DNA from: Camelus dromedarius
Lineage: Eukaryota
Length of the DNA: 64,000 nucleotides
Direction: 5' to 3'
Assembly: GCF_036321535.1 (NCBI RefSeq)
Contig: NC_087436.1
Coordinates: forward strand, 13,578,001 to 13,642,000
The notes below the pieces were generated by a model. That model ran no database searches, had not been told where the DNA came from, and worked only from the letters and a program-made list of their open reading frames with translations. The translations under genes were made by a program, and so were the position numbers. The first letter of the stretch is position 1. Each line of letters opens with the position of its first letter. Positions 52,067 through 64,000 of the stretch are shown piece by piece.

Positions 52067-55000
52067 CTAAAAAGAAAAAAAAAAAAAGGCAACTTTTAGT
52101 AAAGGCTTAAACTTACTAAATACACATTATAAAAAAACTTCTGCATGATTTTTTTTCTTTATAACTTTTGAAGACCAACACAGTCTGGATTCAGAACATT
52201 CCAGCACTGGTGAAAACTGAGACATACATTTCTTAGTCTCCAGTTTGTTTTCATTTCCTTTTTTTCTCTACCTCCTTCAACCTCTGCAAAAAAGAAAAAA
52301 AAAAAAAAAAAAACGTTGCCTATAAAATTCCTCAGGGGCTAGAAAGGCAAAACATCTGTTAGCAATTTATGGTCAGCTTGCTGTTAGCCTCAGTGGCAAT
52401 AAATCCTCCATCCTTCACCTGTTTATTTGGTATGTGCAATTCGCATGAATTAACTACTGAACAAAAATCACGTAAAAACTCAACTTAGGAATAATTTATG
52501 TATTTATGCTTGTGTTTATAGATGAACTTTAAGAGAACAGCCAAAACTCCAGAGAATGCTCCAAACAAGTTTAAGCTTTTTAAGTAAATAAGGCAAGAAT
52601 ATGCTTGATGTTTTTTCAATGTGGTTCTGAAAAGCAATTGAGCGTGAGATACAAATACAGTATAGATAATATATCATATATTATATACATAGACATCCTT
52701 TTTTTTTTTAATTTGGGCTTTTTCCCCTTTTCAGTATCAGGCATGGTCTCCTAACAGGCCCAAGGGGAGGGGGTTCCCCTGACCTTTAACATTTTAAAGT
52801 AGTTCGCGTCTTACGCCTTCTAACACTTAACTCTCTCTTCCTTCCATCACGCTGCCCCTTTAAAACAGACTCTGCACATGATACATCTGGGCACTGAAAG
52901 CCTCGTGTATCTATTAAAGCAATACGCTCACCACAATCAGCCAACACTAGACATACAATGAAATTGTAACTCTACATGTGGTGCGATTATGGTATTTTTT
53001 GCTTTCTTCTTTAGACTCCTCTATTTCCCCCCAGTATATATTAACTTTTTTTCTGATTCTGAAGGTATTTTGAAAATATGACAAGTTAAACACACAAAAC
53101 CCTATCCTCCAGGACCTTCTGCTAATTGTTTTAAGCTTGATGCTAAATACTCACACTAAAGACATATGGTCAGACATGACCCAATGTTAAACGGTAAATA
53201 CAAACCACATTTATTCCTGTAGTGCTCCTTGTGGATTTCCAGCTTTGGGGAGGGCAGTTTCCCCCTCTCCTGCCCTACTCTGTCTTCTTTTAAGGGATGA
53301 AAAGGCTTTTCAGTACAGCAAGTATTGAGCCTCTCTGTCCCTCCAGGGGCACACACAAAAAGGACCAGCCTCTCCGTGGAGTCAGGGGGTGAGCCGGTCC
53401 GGAGTCACTCTGCCGCATGCTGCCTTTCCACCCCACCCGGTCAGAACGGCCATCACGTGCCCGCGAGAGGGCAGGTACTGCAGAACCACACGCGGGTGGG
53501 CCTCGGCGGTCAGGGGCATCACCACCTTCTATGAATATACGGAGAGTGAATTTAGGAGCATGCGGGGCGTGCTGGAGGAGCAGTGTCCACAGCAAAGACC
53601 AGACGGGCCGGGAAGCGGGTGTGGACAGGGGAGCGAAGAGGCAGGAGACAAGCGGAGGAACAGAAAACGAGTGAGTGGCCCTTCCGCTGGCTGCGTGTGC
53701 GTGCGTGATGGAGAGGGACAGGGGAGCTCGGGCAGTGAGGACCCCGGCCCGAGGCAGCTGGGGGAGACCAGGCTGGCAGCGGATGTGACAGAGGGGAACG
53801 CAGACTGGGAGAACTAGAGCCACAGACTCGTCAAGACGCGGGAGGACGGATGAAGGGACAATGGACTCTCTGTTTCCTGGGAGGGAGGTGTCCCACGCGG
53901 GGAGGCGGGACTAACCAGGAAACTGAAAGTCCACGTGGACTTGAAATTGAGACACCATCTCTGAGGCCAGACCGCCTGGTCTGAACCTCGGTGCTGACTT
54001 GCTGCGGAATCTCGTGTAGGAGACAGCCTCTCTCTGCCTCGGTTTCTTCCTCAGAAGACGGCTGTGAGCATTAAATTACCTGACACACAGCAAGCAGTTT
54101 ACAGAAGACTGGGCTGTTACCACCACCATTGTTGAACTGTTTGAACTAAGTTCTCTGATCTCCCTGCAGGAGGGACAATTCAACTGGCCACAGGGTGCGA
54201 AATACGATTTACGAAGCTTTACTGATAAAAGCAAAGGAAGAAATCAGAGAGCAATTACAGGCTGACTGCACAAAGGTATTGTTAAAGCCACCGCATACAA
54301 GTCAAAGCAAATAAAAAAAAAAAGAGGGAAAGGGCAAACAAAGAAAAAGATCTGCTGTTACTATCTGATAGAGTTAATACCATCACCCATGTTCTTAACA
54401 GAACACAAGGGAAAAACACTAACGTTCACTAGAAAAGTGGGCAAAGAACATGAAATGCAAATTCACAAAAGAAAGAGAAAAGGCCCAAAACATGAATAGT
54501 TTGTTCAAAATATTTAATAATAAAGTATGTTTTTAGGAAAGACAGATCATAGACAAGTGCCTCATCTTTCCATTCTGGCTTTAAAACCACAAAGTGTGTT
54601 TACACGGCGTTCCTGTGCTGCAAACAGGAGGCAGGGCTGGGGAGGCAGCATACCTAACAGTGTGTGCCTCTGAGCAGGGCCAGTGATATCCGGTTGGACA
54701 TTTACTGCTTAACTTACTTTAAAAAAATAAAATAAAATTCTTAAAGAGTCCATGGTGAGATCATGGATGCATGATTTGTTGCTTCTGTTTTTCAGAATTT
54801 TACAAAACAATGAAGGAAAATGCTTACTTTCCCCTAGTATGAGATGCAAATTGAGATGTGAAACAAGACAACTGTTTACCTATCACACTGACCAAGACTT
54901 TGTCAAAAAAAAATAACCGTGCTGCTGAGACCAGAGTAAAATGATCCTTCTCGTACACCGCGTGTGAGGGGAAATCTGCTCCACCTTTCTGGAAAGCAAG

Positions 55001-58000
55001 CTGGCAGCTCGCACGAGGGGCCTTCCCAGCTGATCCTCTTTAATTCTATTTCGGGAAGTCTAGGGGAAGGATGTACCAGGTATTCAGGCAAGACTTAACA
55101 ACAAAACAGCTCATCATAGTGTTATTTACGCAAAGTCAAAGTTGCAAAATGACTTTAAAGTCCAACTGCAGGGGAGTGGTCCGGATTATGGGCACAGCTA
55201 AATGATGGAACATTACGTAACCACCAAAAACAAAGTTACCCGTGAATTTCTAACGTGAGAAAATTCAGGAGTACGACATTATAACAAAACTATACAGACA
55301 ATAAAAATGACCCTGAGTTTTTAAACACCTGCTCAGAGAAGGAAGAGAACACAGGAAGAATGCAAAAAGGAGTCCATTTTGGACAGATCTTTCCCTCCTT
55401 CCTTTATGCTTTCATAATAATCACGAATTCCTTTTCTAAGGGGAAAAAAAAAAAGAAAAAGATCTGCTTAAAAGAAAATAAACAGCCAATGCTGGAATTA
55501 AAATTTAGTTTGTGGCTCCCAAATGTGGGTTCCAACCTCCTTTGCCAATAAATCTAGAAGAATGTTCCCCATGTGCTACAGACAGATTTATACAATTTTC
55601 TTAGCTGCAAAGTTAGGCCCCAAGAATGTACAAGAAAAACAAACACTGAGCACTGCACTTGGGAATGTGTTTATTGAGAATGATTTTCTCCAAATGAACA
55701 ATGAAATGGAAAGTACACTCAGGGGGTTTTAAGGAAGAGTTCTACGGAACTCTGAGAGTGAGTCACAGAGACAGCAAAGGAATGACTGACCAGGCCGCAA
55801 CCAGAAAACCCACTCTGGTCACTGCGAGGAGCTGAGGACCACCCAGCACAGCCCGAGTCCCCCAGACCCGCTGCATCCTCGGACCCCTTGCATCCCCACT
55901 GCCACGCCGGCTGCCCCCACTCAGGCCAGATGTCTGTCCTGCCCAGGCTCACAGATCAGGAAAGGAGGGAGGAACTTACACAACCCTTGGGACCGTGTCA
56001 AGGAAGCGTCTGGGCTCTGCAGACAGAGATAAAGACACGGCTCGTGCTCCCTGAGACCTGATTGTGAGGACACACCGGGGAGAGGATGCCCCGAGTGAGA
56101 GCAAGGCCACAGCCAAGGGCACATGCGGACGGGGCAAGTCTGGCACAGGAGCTGGGGGAGAGCTGGGGCTGGCGGCAGAGGCTGAGACGGGGGCCCCGCA
56201 CCCCACGTGTGGCAGGCAGGGCACCATCTGACTGCCAGCAGACCGAGGGGCCTGGAGCGATGAGCGCCCACCTCTCCTCCAGGACACAGGGCTGTGGGGC
56301 CAACAGGCCTGCCCATCTCAGCTTCAGCTTCTACCTCACTGCAGTGGACCACGGAAGTTTCTACTCATGACCTCATGTCCTCCTCTATCGAATGCATGGC
56401 TTGGCTTCTGCCTCCGTGGCTCGACGAGCTGGCCGGCCCTCTGCTATATGTGCCCCATCAAGCCGTCTGCAACCCCGATCTCTGTACACACGTGGGAGAA
56501 CGCCCGTCACCCCTCCGTTCTAACCTCCACGGGGACAACTCCCGACTCTAGGACACCAGGCCTGCCTTGCCATGGAAGGTGCTGGCTCCGTAGCTCCCGT
56601 GACCAGGCCCCCCGGGGTCCCATTCCGGCCGCCCCTGTCTGTTGGCGATGACCAGTCAAGACCTGTCACTCCCGTGGTTCTCACCACTGGGCGGTACTTG
56701 CTGGTGCTGCTATTCTCGACACTGACATTCGCTCGGCCAACCCCCCCGACCCGATGAGGTCCGCATGCTGTCATTACCCTCATGTTTCAGATGAGGGAAC
56801 AGCGATGCTGAGTAGCTCAGCCAAGGTAAAGGAGTAAGTGTCACGCTGGATTCACACTCAAGAAGTCTGACTGCAAAGTCTACGCTCTTAACCTCGAAGC
56901 AACACTGCCTTGACAGACATAAAAATGAACTTTTCACGTTAATCCCAATTCTCCATCTTCTAGTTACCCAGACTTAAAACCGTGGAGTTATTTTTACAAA
57001 TGGCTCTGGCAGAAAAACTGGTCCTGTCCTTTATGTAGTGAGGCGCTAAGAAGTCCTGCTGGTTCTTCTGTCTCTCCCTCTGCTCTCCCCGTGGGTTACA
57101 CCGGCTCCCGTCCAGACACGGTGTTGACTGCATCACGCCCCCGGCAGAGGAAGAGCCTGGTTACAAGAGGGCTGCTGCTCATGTGTGCCCTCCCCAGCCC
57201 AGCCTCCAAAACACGCAGACTAACCCTCCAGAGACGCAATTCACACGTTCACTCCGGCACTTACTAACCACTGCACGGGCTCTTTACAACAGGCCTTCTG
57301 CCTGCCTCGGTGAAACTGAATTGAGAGACACTCAATGACGACCTGCAAAAAGATCGCAGCCTGCAGGTGGCTTCCCATTTGTTATCCACCCTCTCCCCAG
57401 CCACCCAAGTTCACGAAGCTTCAATAGCTCTCGATGATTTGCAGCAGGGCCCCTAGGCTGGCCACCCTCAGGCCAAGTACTCCAAAAAGACTTTCTATGT
57501 GAACCAATGTGCCTTCAAAAATTCGATCCCGAAGTTCCTCAGCAGGTGACCATCCTTTCCTGTTGCTTATCGCTCACTTACTTCATTCTGTTCCCAACTG
57601 AGATGCAGGGAATAAAGGCCAAACTTGGACTTGGCACACGAGGGCCCTGGCCCCCTGGCAGGACGCCGACTCCCCCTACTCCCCCTCCTGAGCTTCTTCT
57701 CATCAGAAGATTCCCTTACTGCTCCCGTCCCCTGCCCTGCCTTTCCTCCCTCCACCTGCACAAGTGCCTGCCTCCTCCGGGGACTGCCCGCGGCTGCTGC
57801 AGGCTAGGCGGGCATCTCCCGTCCGACACCACCTCCACGGTGGACTGATTTTAGCACTTGACTATGTGGGAATGCCCTGTCTTTCTCAGCAGGCTGCAGA
57901 TTCCTAGTTGGGATTGTCTGTGATTTTCTCATCATTCTCACTTCACTTACTTACATGACATAGAGTTTAAGCACAGTCATTTAAAGAAAGAGAAAAAAAA

Positions 58001-58164
58001 ATCATGCAAAATCCTACCACTCTGAAATAACCAGGTTATTCTCCCAAACCTTATTTTTTTACTATATTTTTGTGAACTTTTACACACGTAAGGAAGGCAG
58101 GACAGATGATGGGAATAATTTATGATACCGGGGCCATGTATTGCTTTTAAATATAAGTTTATGC

Positions 58165-58540
58165 CTCAGAAAGACAAAGAAAAATACCATATGTTATCAC
58201 TTATATGTGGAATCTAAAAAAAAAAAATGACTCAAATGAACTTATTTACAAAACAGAAACAGACTCACAGACAGAGAAAAAATACTTTTGGTTACCAAGG
58301 GGAAGACAGAGAGGAGGGAAGGGATAAACTGGGAGTTCAGGATATGCAGATACAAATACTACATGTAAAATAAACAAGGTCCTACTGTATAGCACAGGGA
58401 ACTATATTCAATATCATTTAATAAACCTATAATGAAAAACAATATGAAAAGGAATATATGTATGTACAACTGAATCACTATGCTGTACACCAAAAATTAA
58501 TACAACATTCTAAACCGACTATACTTCAATAAAAAAAAAT
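58165..58540 (+). mobile_element. Young L1 3'UTR fragment
   Basis: gaaagacaaagaaaaataccatatgttatcacttatatgtggaatctaaaaa...gactatacttcaataaaaaaaaa. Confidence 0.85.
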
Positions 58541-59224
58541 TAAGGCTCAGTTTTAGCTGAACTTAACAGAAGAAACTGAAGTAGAACCAAAGGAATTACT
58601 AACTCTTAAATAACTGTTTCTCCTCCACAATATATTAATTCCCTATGGATCTCTCTAAGGTTAAGAAAAAGATAGTGAAAGGTATTTTTGCAGGTTTTCA
58701 CCCTTTTAATTAAACTACATGTTTCAGTTTTGCACAGTACTGGCTCTCTACCAAGAAACATAAAAATTAAAACTTATTTTCACCTACCTTTCACCTCCTG
58801 TTTTTGCAGATTTTGTTATTATTTTTGCTTTGTTAAGGTTTTAACATTTGCGATCTGGGCTGCAGTCGTAACTGTCAGGTCTTAGTTCTGGATATAAAAG
58901 TGGACAGAAACCTCAACAAGAGACCTTTATCACGGCTTCCTCAACCCTGGCTCTCTGTCTTTAGGTCTACCTTAGTTGGCTAAGTTTCACTATCTTCATT
59001 TTTGGAGTAAGGCTCCTGAGTTCATTTGAGTTTAGGGAAGTATCCTGTTGCCTTCGTGCCTGAGTGCCAGCTTGCTGGACACAATATTCTGGTTCACATT
59101 TTCATCTTTCTCTAAATGGTACTGTTCCCCTGTTCTCTGGCATCAGATGTTTCTCCAAAGTCTGAGGCAGGCTTAAGTGTGTGTGTTTTTGATCTTCCTG
59201 CCTCTCCTGCACAATTCTTTAAAC

Positions 59225-59315
59225 TTTTGTTTTTTTAACGGAGGTGCTAGGGATTGAACCCAGGACCTCATGCACTCCAGGCACACGCTCTACCACTGAG
59301 CTATACCCTGTCCCC
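59225..59315 (-). mobile_element. tRNA-Ala-derived SINE (Vic-1-like), second copy
   Basis: Reverse complement reads ggggacagggtatagctcagtggtagagcgtgtgcctggagtgcatgaggtcctgggttcaatccctagcacctccgttaaaaaa. Confidence 0.85.
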
Positions 59316-60523
59316 TTCTTCAAGCTTTAAGTCCAACACTTTAACTGGGATGTGCCCAGGTCCATCCACTTTTCCTGGTGTGCACGGTGTGCCCTTTGGA
59401 TCTTTAAATTCAGTTCTTCCTGCACATCAGGAAAATTTTCTTCTATTACATCTCTGAATACTTTTCTGATCCATTTTTGGGCCATTGACTTAGACAACCA
59501 TCCTTCTTACCTTGGGCTGTTTTGTCTTTGTACCCGTATCTATCATCACCTTTTCTCCAAAATCTTCAATCTCTCAAGTTTTTCCCTACACATTCACTCT
59601 GATGATCTCAAAGCCTTTTCTTCAGGTCAATAAGTCAATTTTCAGCCACTGCACATGTAACGTAATGTCTACATGTATTGACTGAGCTTTATAATACCTC
59701 TTTCAACCTCATCCTAGCATATTAATTTGCCTCTAAAGACTCTTATTTTATTGAATTCATAGTCTATAGTGTGACGTATTCTCAATTTCCTTCAGGTCTC
59801 TGGATATGCTTCCTTCCAGATTGGGGTCTCCATCTTTCTTCTGTATGTTTTATTCCTTTCCTTCATTTTTACTACAGTCTATCTGTCTATTTTTTTCACT
59901 ATGCTTGTGCTAATACACAGATCGCTTTGTTCTGATCCAAAGTAGGTAATTCTCCTAATTACCTTGCCCACCTTTATCTGAGAACTGTAGTTTCCCCTGT
60001 GAGATACAGGGATGAGTTCTGCTTTCTAGACACTCTGCAGGGGCCCACGCTGGTGGGAAGCGAAAGAGCTAGCTGGATCAGTACAAGCTCTGCCCTCTCT
60101 TCTGGGATTCTGTCACACTAGGGCCCACACACCAGAGCAAGAAAGGCATCTCCGTCCTGGGGCTGCTTATGTAAAAGCTTATGCTTCTAACTCAGAAAGA
60201 TTATGCTCTAAAAATGGATGCTGGATATGTGCCCTGGTTCTATTCTAGCATCTTTACCCAGGAGTTAAACCATTTGCCTAAGAACAGCTTCCTTGAGAGT
60301 AAAAGCTATCTGATGTCACTAAAAATTATTTTAGCATCTCCTGTATAATTAGAAGACAAACTCTCTGAACATATCAACCTTAATCATCAGTGTAAATTCA
60401 AATGTATAGCTATCCCCTTCGAAAAGTATGAAATATAGATGTACAGTTATCACACAGATATTTGTACACTAAGCCCTAAAAATAGGTTTAATTCTAATAG
60501 GCAAGAAAAAAAGGCATACAGAC

Positions 60524-60672
60524 CTCGACTGAAGGTATGTCCTGTTTCTCAGAACACATGTCTTCTTTAGATGCTTTGTGAATCTTCTTTTCTGAAGAAG
60601 ACTTTGTGTCAACCTTTTTCAAAGTTTCACAATTGTCTGCTTCATTCTTGACAGGCACTTGCTGGTTATTCC
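60524..60672 (-). CDS. TMEM131L: TMEM131L exon ([24 protein letters not shown]...KQDIPSVE); upstream exons probably lie outside the window
   Basis: ttattcaag|GG...GAG|gtctgt; 149 nt; phase 1->0. The ten exons sum to 1415 nt and join in one open frame. Confidence 0.9.
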
Positions 60673-60899
60673 CTTGAATAAATAAAAATGATTCAGTTTC
60701 TAGCTGATGATTTCCATTTGTGTTCCCCATAGTTAAATCTCCTTACACCAAATGATCTCGTTTGATTTAATGAGATTTAGACTTAAGGTTTTTGACACCC
60801 ATAATGCTCTAAGAAATTGATTTTGTTTACAGGTGAAAATTTACTTTTAATATTGAGTTCTACAAAGTCATTAAAAGAGGTCCAGGAAAGAATGATGGG

Positions 60900-61435
60900 G
60901 GCACACCACTGTTCACAGCAGCATTATTCATAAAAGCCAAAAGGGAGAACCCCCCAAATGTATGTGGATGAATGGATGGATACACAAAATGTGGTAAATA
61001 CCAGGGAACACCTTAAAAAAGAATGATTCATGGTACTACAATATGAATATAATTAACATTACTGAACTGTGCACTCAAGTGGTTAAGATGGAAAAAAAAA
61101 AAAAAAAGGAATGAAATTCTGACACAGGCCACAACATGGACGAACCCTGAAGACATTAAGCTCATTGAAATAAGCCAGTCACGACAAGACAAATATTGTG
61201 TGATTCTACTTGGACCTAGAGTCATCAAGTTCATAGAGATAAGTAGAATGGCAGGGGCCGGGGAAGGGAGTAGGGGTAATTACTGTGTAATGGGTACAGA
61301 GTTTCTGTCTGGGGTGATCAGAACATCTGGAGATGGATGACGGTGATGGTTCTACAACGATGTGAACAGTTCATGCCGCTGAGCTTTATCATTTAAAATG
61401 GGAACTTTCATGTTATGTATATTTTACCACGATTT
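60900..61435 (+). mobile_element. L1MB-type 3'UTR with a nested short polyadenylated L1 fragment (~61027-61107)
   Basis: tgttcacagcagcattattcataaaagccaaaagg; the nested piece is flanked by aaaaaagaatga / aaaaaaggaatga. Confidence 0.75.
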
Positions 61436-63589
61436 GTTTTAAATTGAGGGAGGGAGAGAGAGGGGTGAGATCTTGGGTTCTGGGTATGACTCAGGCACTA
61501 ACTAGCACGAGGATCAAAGTCAGTCTCTAAGCTGCCTGAGCCCCAGTTTCCTTGTTTATGAATTACCACCATCTCTGCCTATCCTGTCTGTTATAAAGAA
61601 GTGACCAGAACAGAGAGAAATGCAGAGGGTAACAGCCATCTCACACATGAACTTCCTGAGGGCGGTGCCTTCTCCCGCGGTCAGTGCCCACCTGCCCGGG
61701 AGCGGGGCCAGCCTGCAGGATGGGCTCTGGGCGCGATGTCACCACGCAGTAGGGACCACATCATGAGTGTGATAGTTCCAGGTTCCTTTCAAGTGATTTC
61801 ACTCGTGTTTGTTCTTCTATTTCTGACTTCGACAAAAGGTCAAGTCAACCTCAACCCCACGGTAACGGGCCTCAGCGCTCTCATAGGAAACAAAGTATTT
61901 CAACACCTTCTCCTTTTTTCTTTAACTAAGACTCCCTCACAATACCTTGGCCACCTGAGAAAGCGGAGATGACCCCAGCGCCAAGACCCCGCAGCAGAGC
62001 CGGCTGCGGACACGAGGGGGCGGGCCAGTGCCCTCCAACTCTGCAATCCTCACGCTGCAAACTCAACTCACTCGAGGCCAACACACACACGTTTAAAAAA
62101 GAATACCTATAAAGTGAGCACTTTTGCATTTGGTTAACAGAAAATTATATAAATGTTACATAACTATAAAAACGCTGGGAAGTGTTAATTCCTCTCCCAC
62201 ACGAGTTGGGCGTTCGACACCCACAGAGGAAAACGTCCAACACGATGAAGGAACCCAGGAAAGAGCCAAGAGCAGGGGAGACGGGGTCCAAACAGAAAAA
62301 GAAATCAGAAATTAAGACACCCCTTTGGATTCTGGAAGCCATCAGTATGAACAGAACACAGATATTCTCAAGAAAATGTGCCACAACTTTCCTAGAGTCT
62401 TAATTCATGAGAAAATGGATTTCCTCACATTTTCTTTAGGTCAAAAACAGCACTTCAGTTCAGTATGAGTCATCAAAGCTTCTTAGGAAGGATCCAAATT
62501 TAACATCCAACACTAAACCATGCCCAAGAAGAGGTAAAGCAGACTCTGAGAAAATCAGTAATGCCTGTGGTGGGGCTGAGAATCAGGGCAAACAACAAAA
62601 TGAATTCAAATAACAGGTCCTCTGTTAAGTGTCTGAGAAATTCTAACGTGACGATATTCAAGAACTTAGAAATGCTGTGAACATGTACTTGCTTTAAAAA
62701 GCAGAACCATTCCAGGGCATCCTACTAAGCCTGTTTACTCAGAGCACTTACTTACATATCTTTCCTCCATTTATCCCTCGGAGGAGGAGTGTCTGAGCCA
62801 CAAGACAAAAAACAAATGGAACAGGAACAAGTGAACTGACCAGAATCCTGCTCAGAGTCCTACTGAAACCAGTCTAATGGCATGGTGCATTGAACAAACC
62901 ACTACATTTTTATTTCCAGTTATTAGTATCTATAAGAAAATGAGACGATTTTTTAAAATTTCTGCGAAGACTGGTATTTCAGAACATTTGGAGTTATCCA
63001 TCTAATTTGGTGAGAACTTCCACGTACTGTTAATTTCAAGGCTTTGGGGCATTAGGAACCTTAAAAGTTCATTATCCTTTATTTTATCATAGGCAGAAAC
63101 AACAGAAAACGTGCTGACTGGTCCTCTTTTAGAGTGCTGAGATCAGTAGCAATTTTATCTTTACCTCTAAGTTTTTATTATTTTGATCACATCGTGAAAA
63201 AATAATAGTTATAAACCTCTGAAAAGAGACCTATTTCAGAAGATCATCTACGCTACACACAAAGCCCTGCGATCCTGTCAGGCCATCAAGGGGCTCCTGG
63301 ATACAGAACACAAGCCTGGAAGATGCAGCTCCCTTCACAGCTGTCCGACAGGCTGACACGGAGAGCAAGGGTGTGAAACAGCCCTGAGCAATCTGGCAAC
63401 AGCCTTCCTTATTGTTGGGAATTTTAATTTATGATTTACTACAGGCTTCTCAGAAGGAGATGGGAGAAAGAGCAGGGAAGAAAGGAATGACACATTTTCT
63501 ATTGTTCAGAAAACGGTCTGCTTCTCCCCGACAAGGGTGAGCACCTAGACAGAGCCACTAACACCCACCTTGGAAGATTTTCCTCTTAT

Positions 63590-63838
63590 GGTTACCGGTG
63601 AGGAGGGGCGGGGGGGGATAAATTGGGAGTTTGAGATTTGCAGATACTAACTACCATATATAAAATAGATAAACAACAAGTTTCTTCTGTACAGCAAAGG
63701 GAACTATATCCAATATCCTCTAGTAACCCATGATGAAAAATATGAAAATAAATATATGTATGTATATGTGTGACTGAAGCACGCTCTACACCAGAAATTG
63801 ACACACTGTAACTGACTATACTTGAATTGAAAAATAAA
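63590..63838 (+). mobile_element. Young L1 3'UTR fragment
   Basis: gggataaattgggagtttgagatttgcagatactaac...actgactatacttgaattgaaaaataaa. Confidence 0.85.
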
Positions 63839-64000
63839 TTTTTTTCCTCACACACAATAAGTTACACTAGGGAAAAAACTGCCTCAGTAAAAGAAGACAC
63901 AATCCCTCAGGTGCCTTCAGGGGTTCTGACAGGTTTGGGACATCACTCAAGAGACAGATCACCTCCCTGACCCCTTCCCCAAAGGTGGTCTTGTCACTAG

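Noticed and set aside
1..64000. CRISPR arrays, operons or other prokaryotic systems
   Set aside because: The sequence is mammalian (spliced genes, LINE/SINE/MaLR repeats), and no regularly spaced repeat array was seen.

Overview
This is mammalian genomic DNA, very probably camelid, judged from two tRNA-Ala-derived Vic-1-like SINEs and cetartiodactyl-type L1 3' ends. It covers the TMEM131L-TLR2 interval, with both genes on the minus strand. It contains the complete single-exon TLR2 CDS (1045-3402, 785 aa) and its CpG-island promoter with non-coding exon 1 (donor at 8025/8024). Upstream lies a tandem, L1-interrupted TLR2 pseudogene (~10367-14347), then a repeat-rich intergenic region, then the last ten coding exons and 3'UTR of TMEM131L (KIAA0922). 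Three signals stand out. (1) The pseudogene is heavily decayed in its LRR region, yet has 425-bp and 105-bp tracts 100% identical to the functional TM/TIR exon, and these coincide with a sharp GC step in TLR2; this suggests recent, patchy, possibly GC-biased gene conversion. (2) The pseudogene contains one LRR segment twice. (3) About 10 kb upstream of the TLR2 promoter is a non-TE inverted duplication (~210-bp arms, ~88% identical) that preserves AP-1 and M-box motifs in both arms. Repeat subfamily names come from recalled consensus sequences and were not checked by a database search.
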